Source of the DNA: Vermamoeba vermiformis
Taxonomy: Eukaryota
Length of the DNA stretch: 20,000 bases
NCBI GenBank assembly: GCA_045837725.1
Contig: JBEWZL010000193.1
Span: 115,119-135,118, forward strand
Reading direction: 5' to 3'
A program made the translations under genes and the position numbers. The notes under the pieces were generated by a model. It searched no databases and was not told the DNA's origin. It saw only the letters and a list, made by a program, of their open reading frames with translations. This document shows, in pieces, positions 1 to 8,657 of the stretch (position 1 is its first letter; every line of letters starts with the position of its first letter).

Positions 1-73
1 AACAAAAATATCATCCTTAACATTTTTCACAGTGCTTAATTTAGCTTATTAAATATAATAACAGCACTTAACT

Positions 74-1217
74 ATGGAAGAATCAAATGAGTATGGTGCA
101 ATATTTCATTTTGAAGAGCTACCGTTGGAGTTCAAGAACACATCCTCCTTCGCTGCGACGATAAAACACTTACAGCCTCGATGCCACAATTATCTAAATT
201 TATTAATACATTAGTACACGATGAAGGAAGTGTTTGGCGCGCTAAATGTCGAGATTATTACACAGAGTCAGAGTGGGAAATTGTGGACGAGTTAAAAAAA
301 TTAGACGAGTCTTGGAGACAATTTTATTTGCGTAGTAAGTTTCTATATAACAATTACGTAATATAAAGCATATTATTCGCCCTATACAACGATAATAACA
401 AGATCTCAGGCAAAATCCGACTTCTTCCGATCGTTTGTGTTGACTTTAAAACAAAATATCGCAAACTAATTAAGATTTGAATTACTTTTATTTGGAATAA
501 GCAATCAAATCAAATTAAATACGGCTTTCCGAAAATTTGCAGATCCGAATGTTTTCTATCAATTGAAAAAACCCTTGCTTCAATCTTTGAAAATACAACC
601 AATGGTTGGACGATAAATTAAACTTAATGTTTAATTTATTTTTTCCTCAAATCTCCAGTGTATTAACGTGTTTCTCAATTATGTAGGCACGACCTATTAC
701 GCACGGCCAGTGAAAATATGGAGGGAGGAAAATGTGGCGGATTGGGTGCGAAAAGTCTTAAACTTTTCCAAATTAGACAGAGAAGAACGGACTGCGGTTG
801 ATAAAAGTGTGAGAATTGTTATCGAGCAAGCAATTAATGGTACTGCGTTGCTATTATTCGACGACAGGGCGGATCTGAAAGCAACCCTGAACTTACTCGA
901 TGGGCACGCGCGAATTTTGTGGGCTGAGATCAAAAAACTGAAGAGTAAGCGACGCTAATAATAAACTTCGCACTTAAATAATTCATTCAGGAAGCCTATT
1001 TTTGAGTATTAAATTAGAGTGGATTGAGTATTTAATAACACCACTCTAATTATTATTAACATTTTAAGTTGCAGGTTCGAAGCGGACAGCAACTGTTGCA
1101 GGACTTGATGACAATTTTGATCATAACACAAAAAGAAGTATGTGCAAATTATAATCCAACTGTAGGTTAATTTCAATTTCAATAGGCAAGAGTTCCCTGG
1201 AATCTCAACAAGACTAA
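74..1217 (+). CDS. F-box + SAM domain protein, 4 exons (74-334, 687-944, 1075-1137, 1186-1217), with an apparent 1-nt frameshift near 130-131 (pseudogene or sequence error)
   Basis: ATG74 gives MEESNEYGAIFHFEELPLE. Adding one base continues as xQEHILLRCDDKTLTASMPQLSKFINTLVHDEGSVWRAKC (F-box pattern LPxE..IL..W). Exon 2 encodes a SAM-like sequence, WREENVADWV...INGTALLLF...LLDGHARILWAEIKKL. All three introns are phase-1 GT-AG and frame-consistent up to TAA 1215-1217. Confidence 0.65.
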
Positions 1218-1349
1218 CTCCAGGACCGGATTGGACGAGATTACTCACAAATGGATTTATGAATTTATTTTTACTTTTGTCGTGTTTGATTTTGCCATCA
1301 ATAATATTTTAAGATGAAACAGTTTTATCCTTCCAACGGACATTTATTT

Positions 1350-1490
1350 TGACAAATGACAGGGGAAGGACACGAATGGGACCAACTGGCTCTCCTTCGT
1401 AGTACTGGACCAAAGTGTCATCACCAGGGTGAAACAACGTGCCAACGGCCGGTCGACAACTTGGACCGCGAGCTCTCTGTATCATTGTCA
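1350..1490. other. GC-rich self-complementary element (candidate structured RNA or miniature inverted-repeat element)
   Basis: About 54% GC in AT-rich flanks. The ends TGACAAATGACAGGGG and CTCTCTGTATCATTGTCA are complementary, and three internal hairpins are possible. Confidence 0.35.
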
Positions 1491-1519
1491 TTGTGCAATC
1501 TCGTTGACTGATGATGCCG

Positions 1520-1556
1520 TGACAAGTGACACTTCATGACACTTTGACACGTGTCA
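1520..1556. repeat. Cluster of TGACA(C) motifs ending in the palindrome TGACACGTGTCA
   Basis: TGACA at 1520; TGACAC at 1527, 1537 and 1545; 12-bp palindrome at 1545-1556. Confidence 0.7.
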
Positions 1557-1615
1557 CACGAACCAAGTCTTCCAGTATGCAGATTGCAAAGAAGAAAGCA
1601 AAATTGATCTTTCCT

Positions 1616-3293
1616 CTAATGATGAAACAAGCTACCAAAATCGATGTTGACACCAGGATAACGCACGTGACTGAAAATGAGTGACCAGATCTCGATCGGC
1701 AAGACAAACGAGTGAGGCTTCAGACAAATCATTCTGACAATAGTCTTCGTTCTTCGAATATGATTATCTTGCACTTCGATATTTCTCTTAAAATAAGGCT
1801 TGTATGCATCAAAAGTATCGTACGGCGACCAAGATCGCAAACTTAGATTCGCTTGAAGTGTTTCTTCGACCATTTCTGCGAATCCAGGCAATACCATTCT
1901 TAAAATTGATAAATTACTTGTATCTTGGGTCTCCAATCGTGTTAATGACTGATGACTGCTAATTACTGCGCAAAAAATTTTCCGCGTGATCTCGTTTTGA
2001 GTTTCAATTTGGCAAGCGAACGATTGAAGCGTTGTATTATAGGCCAAACCTTGTATAATAAGATCCATATCTTTGTTTTGTGCTCGATATTTTTTTATAT
2101 CTAATGTTGTTAAAGTTGTATTTTGCTGCAGAATTCTTTTGACCAGATCTCCGTTGATGAAATTATGAGTGTCTGCTATTCGAAAGCTTCTTAATGTCTT
2201 ATTTGTTAATAACGCCTTTTCAATGCCTGGTGTCTCTTGGCCACTTAATTCGGTCAAACTGGTGTTTTTTTCTAGCGCATCCACAATCGTGTTTGCAACA
2301 AGCGTATCAAGGATTATTTTAGCGCGATAGTTTAGCTTTAATATGGTCCTATTATTAATAAATATCTTTTCTAGCTCCATGGGATCAATCTCCATGCCAC
2401 CAATGTCAAGATCCGTTATGGATGTGTTTTCACTGAACGCTTTTGTTAGATCTGTTCGTGCTTGCCGACCCTCGAATTCTTTCAAATGTAATTGCGTAAT
2501 ATTATTATCGTTGATTATTTTTATGAATACTGGGATCGTTTGAGGAGGCATAAAATAAGTATCAATAATTAGCGACTTGATCCGCTTATTCTCCAATAAA
2601 ACTTCGCCAATTTTGTCCATTTTATCTTCTAATATTGCAATGCAGTCGTTGAATATCAGTGAACGGATTGATTTGGCTGATTTCAATGCATCAAATAGCT
2701 GATCCAAATATTCCATATTTAAAGTGTTCGTAAAATTAATAAATTCGAATGTCTCCACGTTAATTTTCTTAGAAATTAATCCTTCGATTAATTTTTCGTA
2801 GAATTTTTGCTTTGTTCGTGGCTTGGCTTCGGGTGCAGCCATAAGGCCGATCACTTTAACACTCGTATTTGATTCTAATGCTTGGAATATTGTTTTTACG
2901 GCGTTATGTGATGTCGATAAATCGATTCTAGTGATGGCTTTAGTCTCGGCTAAAATATTCGTGAGAGTTTTGAGATCCTTCGATGACCAATCGTGCGGGG
3001 CAAATTCGAGTACAGGAACGTGATCATCGTTGATAATAATATCTAATAATTTGGATACTGTCACATGTTTGGAGTAGTTCGTTAAATACAGGCTGGTGAA
3101 GATTTCTAAATCAAATCTGATTTTTTTCTTATTTTCAATCGCTTCTTCTAGTTCTACTCTCCCTCTAACAATCACCGTCTATAATAATATATTAATTCTC
3201 GGCATTACAAAATTCAAGACGATTGCTTAACCATTTTTAATCTCGACATCCACTTACCTCAACGTCTTTCTCCTTTGTTCCTCGATTTAGCAT
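1616..3293 (-). CDS. Leucine-rich repeat (RNI/NLRC3-like) protein with C-terminal F-box-like motif, ~532 aa, 2 exons (3293-3258, 3178-1616)
   Basis: 519-aa ORF with repeated NxxLxxLxL units (NTSVKVIGL, NKRIKSLII, NTSITDLDI, NTSLTELS, NTTLTTLDI, NTTLQSF). Upstream exon MLNRGTKEKDVE|gtaagt splices in phase 0 to tatag|ACG. The C-terminus contains VLPIEIWSLIFSHV. Confidence 0.8.
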
Positions 3294-3492
3294 GATAATT
3301 ACGTCAGTACTATTTGATTAATTTAACAATGCACGAAAAATTCGTTCTGTTGTGGTTGTGGTTACCAATGTGTAAACCTATTAACAAAAAATGCATTGCC
3401 CTCACAAACAATCGGCTTGCCTCAATGATTAAAATAACGGCCGCCATAGCAATAAATTATGTATTTATTATCTAAGCACTACAAAGAACAGT

Positions 3493-4934
3493 TTACCAGA
3501 TCAAAGCCAACAAGCCCAAAACAACAGGCAACAAAGTCATCGAGATCTTGTTGCTGGAGTTAAGAGCGTACTTGTACTTGAGGTTAGCGTTTCTCTGGCA
3601 GTCGTCTCCGCTGTCAATTCTAATGTAGACTTCGTTGGTACCAAAATCGTAAATTCCGTACATCGCATCCGCGTAACCCAAGGACAAGATGTAACCGCCG
3701 TGATCCTTGGTGCCAGCTTGGTCCTCAAACCAATCGACCCAGCAGAAGGCGTTGTTGAAGTAGCAATAACTATATATAAGTCATTAGTATCCGTTAAATA
3801 GCAACTTCGAAAAATACGTAAAGTGCGTGGATCGCGAAGGTAAAGCAACGGAAATTTTCGAATTCCGTTAGCTGTAAATTTGAAAATAAAATTTTTAGCG
3901 TGATATTTACCCTTCAGAATAGCCCTTAGCAGTGAAGTTGTTGCCGTAGCCGTTGATGAAACTGTATTCGTATGAACCCTTGTGGTTACCATCGCTATCA
4001 ATGCAGATATCCCAATGAGGAGTGTTAGTGCGGCCCAATCTGCTAGCCCAGTGACCAGACAAATCCTTTCCTAAAAAGGAAAATTAATTTTTTGCAACCG
4101 CAAGGAGGATCCTGGTTTTGGTTTGGGTTTGGGTTTGACGCGTGTCAACCGTAAATGTTTTGAATTAACCGATTATAATGCGAATAAGCATCTATAATCA
4201 TCATTATAGCGTCATGTATTCGTACCAGTGTTATAATTAGCGGCGAAGCAAGAGAAAGGAGTGGGGAGGGCAGTGTCAAATCTGGCCATGACACGAGGAC
4301 CAAAGTTGTAGAATTGAATCGAAGTATCATCATAAGCCAAACGAACTATAAATATTGTGATTAATTACTTGATCGATAGCACGTGCAATTTAATTCTAAA
4401 GCTCTTGCAATGATTTTTAGAATTTTAGCGGTTTCAAATCTGACCGTTAGAAAACTAAAGAAACTTACTTTCGAACAAATCGGTAGTGATTCTGGTCAAG
4501 GTCATAGTACCCTTGTTTTGGGTGCAGCACTTGGTGGTTTTGGTAGCGGCAACCATAGCAGGGTAGTCGTACCAGATTTGAGTGTCCCACCATTTACCAG
4601 TAACGGTAGTACCGTCATCGCTGACTTGACCGTTAAGGTACCAAGTACCCTTGAAGAGACCCTACGATATAAGCGATTTAGTGTTTTGAATTTCGGTAAC
4701 GACCCATCTTCCGGATGTCAAATCCGCAACACGATTAAATCACTAAAAATTGATTTTTAACTCGGGTGAAATATTTGCTATACTTACTTGAACGTTCTTA
4801 GTGGAGTTATCGACGCAAAGAGTCATTGAACCGTCGTTGAAAGTCCATTTTCCGGTCCAAGATGTGATATCGTAGCTTTGAGCTTGAACCAAGCAAGCGC
4901 ACAACAAAACAGCGGCTAAAACGTAAAGTCTCAT
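3493..4934 (-). CDS. Secreted, probably GPI-anchored protein of unknown family, 298 aa, 5 exons (4934-4788, 4661-4469, 4345-4226, 4070-3911, 3769-3493)
   Basis: Signal peptide MRLYVLAAVLLCACLVQA. All four GT-AG junctions keep frame. The C-terminus has small residues then a hydrophobic tail with no cytosolic part (NSSNKISMTLLPVVLGLLALIW*). Codon bias resembles SDHA and NOMO. Confidence 0.8.
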
Positions 4935-5355
4935 GACTTATTGCGCTCAATAATAAAACTAAATCGTAAATAGATTTTGCGTCAACGATGGTGTTTTTAG
5001 TTTTCATCGTGCGCAAAAATACTGCCCAGAAAAAAGATCACACCGAATTCTAAATTAAGCGCCCAATTATTTGTCTTATTTTATCACTGACTTGATCTTG
5101 AGAGTAGAATCAGAATTGGCAATTAAACCGCTTTTGGATCGGCAACTTCAAAACGTAATTTGGCGTAAGTCGTAATTTAGCGGAGTTAAATATCATAAAT
5201 TATATTCTCTCGTATGTACCATTAAATTGGCCAAGACGATCTTCAGACCCGGTAAAAGTAAAATCGAAAAAATCGAATTCCACGCGTCAAAATTTGACAG
5301 GAGAACTTTTAGAATTTGGCTATTATACACAGAATTACCTAGCTAAGCCATAGTA

Positions 5356-7944
5356 TTATACAATAGGTCTATTTTCAGCTTCTTTTGGCGCGTCACTGCT
5401 CGTAGCCAGATTATTTTCTTTCAGCATCGAACTCGAGCGGATTTGACATCCAGTTCTGAACAATCTGCGCGTCTTTTTCCAATATGAACGCGAAGATACT
5501 GCAGGTATGAATAGTAGAAGACCAGTTGATGAGGCATTAAATACACTCCTACACAAATAATTAGTGAACTGAATCTGGATCCTGACACAAATTAGAATTC
5601 CAATTTTACGCAGTATTTGCAATTATAATTACTATCCGAATACTATACATACCAATTCAACAATGTTGGCGCAATTATTTGAGGCAGATCAGGGCAAGGT
5701 TCCGGATCCAATTCCGTCGAACTAAGCAAGTTGCATTTGACCCATTCAAGCACTGTCTCTTTGCCATTATTGTTAATCTCCGACAATCTGAAGCTGAATA
5801 TGAACACGTAGAGGTATAAGAAGATGAATAAATAGACCATCGTGCCAATTTGAACTCGGATCATGGCTTGCTTTTGTCTTTTAGATCTGCGTACCCGCGC
5901 AGAAGTCTAAAAATAGTATCATACGATAAGTCACGTGACATTACTAAATTAGGAAATATGAGTTTAAGACTGACCTTGGTGAAGATAATGACGAGCATAA
6001 TGAACGTAATTATTCCGACGAGCAGCATCAGCCCAACGGGTATAATGTACAATGCATAGACGAGCATGCCATCAGGTTCATCATCGCCCACTATAATAAT
6101 ACCATAATTAGAATTACCACGTGATATTGATGACAAGATCCGGTCGAATGTCAGATCCGCTTTGTACTTACGAAAACAGAAGACGTTGCCTGGATAGTAT
6201 TTGATGGATTTGAGGCCCAGCGCGACGGCCGTGAATATCGCAGGCACGCCGAATCCTAGTGTAATGAAGACTGGCTTCAAGACTGGGTTCTGCAACGGTG
6301 TGTTTTTTATGAGCTGATCTAACAGCGCAATCGCTGTGAACATCCACCACAACGTGCCTGACAACGCCGCATAGTATATCAACGTTCCTGGTAGTTATGT
6401 ATATTAGTACAAGCTGTAGTATTGATATTTGAAGTTGATCTGCGTAAAAAAATATTGCCCGTGAAAAAATTGGCCGAAGATATTTTTTTGATATTTCCCG
6501 TTTTGGCAACTGGTAACTTACCTTGAACCACGCAAAACGCATCATTTTCGGTACTTTCTTTTGTCTCTGAAGTGCAAATTGGCTTATTGTTGTTGCCAAA
6601 TGAGAACAAAAATGGCACGGTGACCATCAACGAGAAAAAAATCAAAAAATAAATGAGAATTGACGGGAACAAGTGTCGCCTACGATCAGTAATCGTCGTT
6701 GCAAATAACCAAATGTCAAGCACGATTGAAATAACGGCCATCACGTGCATAATTGTGAATGCTTGGTCGTACTCTTCGCTCGTGAAAATTGGTGCTGGAC
6801 ACGGCAGCCCGCATTGAGCCTCGTTGTTAGTGATATTTGCAGTCGATTCAAAAATCAACGGGTACGGACATTCTTGCAACACTTAAATGGAAACATCGTT
6901 AGTCTCGAATAACAAAGAGCAATAATGATTTCTAGAGTGCCGCTATAAATGAACGAGTGTAATTGTTTGTAATTTCCACTAAAAATAGGGTTTCGCGGAG
7001 TTCACGTTTCATTAAACAAATTTTTAGCAATAACTTTAATAATTTTTGTTCACCGCATAACAGCTTTTAAAGATTATAGGCATCATATTCGAGTATAAGA
7101 AACATTAGTATATACTACATACTGTAGGAGATTTGCGACGAGTCCTTCGGAATGCACCCGCTAGTCTCGGGTAAAGCCGTGCAATTTGGCGGAGCGGTGT
7201 ATTCGAACAGGGACTCGCAGTTTTGTTCTACTGACGAACATAATGACCTGCAGGGCGGAATTGGCACGGAGATATTGTTGGCTGTCAAGTACATTGTCAG
7301 AAATATTTGACACGTGTCATTGGATCCTTGCGAGATCGAATTGAAATTGATCGCTGAAAAGGCGCTTTTTGTTGAACAGACATGATATATAATTTTAATA
7401 GGGTAAAACGATGGTTAACGTTAAAAAACGAAAGGCGTTGGGATCCGAGCCTTAAAATTTCAGGTCGCCTTTCAAAGCTTATAAATTAGTGAAATCAAGC
7501 GGAGTCTTCTAATAAATAATAAATGATAATAGTATCATATTAATAATTACTTAAAAACTAACAGGGTGACTTGAGAATCATCTGTCAAATCCGCTTTCTT
7601 TTTCAAAATAAGAATCTATGCAGAAAAGACTTACGCAATATAGTGCAAGGCAAGAATGTAGTCCAACAGCTTAAAGCAATGAAGTCTGAAGCGCAACTGG
7701 GAGCCAAGGCGGCAACAAGATCGACGGATTTGAGAATCTTCATTGCTTGATATTGAAGCATGGTAATGTTCAATCCTTGTGGCAAAAATACTGGACTGTT
7801 TTGAACGACTTCATCGCATAAAGACCCAAATGCAACGTAGCTTGTGCATTTGCCAGGCGGGATCTGCTGCGTGACCGAAAATGTGAGCCAACAAGAAAGC
7901 AGAAAGAATAAGGAATATTGGATATAGGCAGTTGTTGGCCCCAT
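5356..7944 (-). CDS. Frizzled/Smoothened-like (class F) GPCR with N-terminal cysteine-rich domain, 535 aa, 7 exons (7944-7635, 7281-7123, 6881-6522, 6387-6172, 6090-5975, 5906-5653, 5548-5356)
   Basis: Signal peptide, Fz-type CRD (LSCWTTFLPC...PCRSLCSSVEQNC), linker ECPYPL...CGLPCPAPIFT, seven hydrophobic segments including FCVVQG..YYAALSGTLWW, GFGVP and VFCF, and YWKK after TM7. Resembles the Dictyostelium Fsl receptors. Splice phases are consistent. Confidence 0.88.
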
Positions 7945-8657
7945 AACTGTTTGATGAAAATATTGGAAGTTTAAGCAGAATTTGCAATTAAAAAAAGCGT
8001 GCTTCAAATGGCAAGTCCATTTTTAGAAATAATAGCGCAATTAATTCGCCGGTTGAATAATCAGTTGCTATTTCATACGTACCTATAGGTCACATCTAAC
8101 ACAAAGAATCATACAAAGGAGCTCGTTACTAAGATCTAAAGAGATCCCATGGGTTAGTTCGCCACTAAATCTTGAGATTTGACAACCAATAAATATTTAA
8201 TTACTTATTATATTATATTGTATAATTTTAATTACGCCACCAAGCGTAACAGATAAAAGAAAAGAAATAAGAGAATTTTTAATAATAATTAAAAAAATTA
8301 ATCAACCTGAGCAATCAATTTACAATCAGTTCATTACACGGCAGTACCCTATTACTTTTTGGTAGGCAGCAACAGATCCTTCAGAACAAAAAAAACATGC
8401 TAGCGTCCGTGTCTATCATCATAGTTAACTAATATACTATTAAGTAAGTTGTGGCGTGATTCAATGCAATTAACATTCGTTGTGGTGTTGTATTGTTATT
8501 GCGTAAATAACATTATTGTTCGTAAAAAACAGTTGCAAGCATTAATCTCGTAGGAATTGGATATCCATTTATTAACAACAAAAGGATAATAGATGTCCGA
8601 AATAAAATACTTGATAATTATTACAATTAATTCGATCAAAAAAATCGTGGATGTCGC

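Noticed and set aside
1074..1084. B-box-like GGTTCGAAGC
   Set aside because: No cloverleaf or A box; it coincides with the acceptor and start of a frame-consistent exon.
1309..1491. 60-aa minus-strand ORF over the GC-rich element
   Set aside because: Short, no recognisable motif, and only about 125 nt downstream of the LRR stop; not supportable as a gene.
1474..1515. U6-like GATACAGAGA (minus strand) and hammerhead/C-box-like CTGATGA
   Set aside because: The following U6 sequence (AGATTAGC) is absent, and there is no correctly placed GAAA core or D box.
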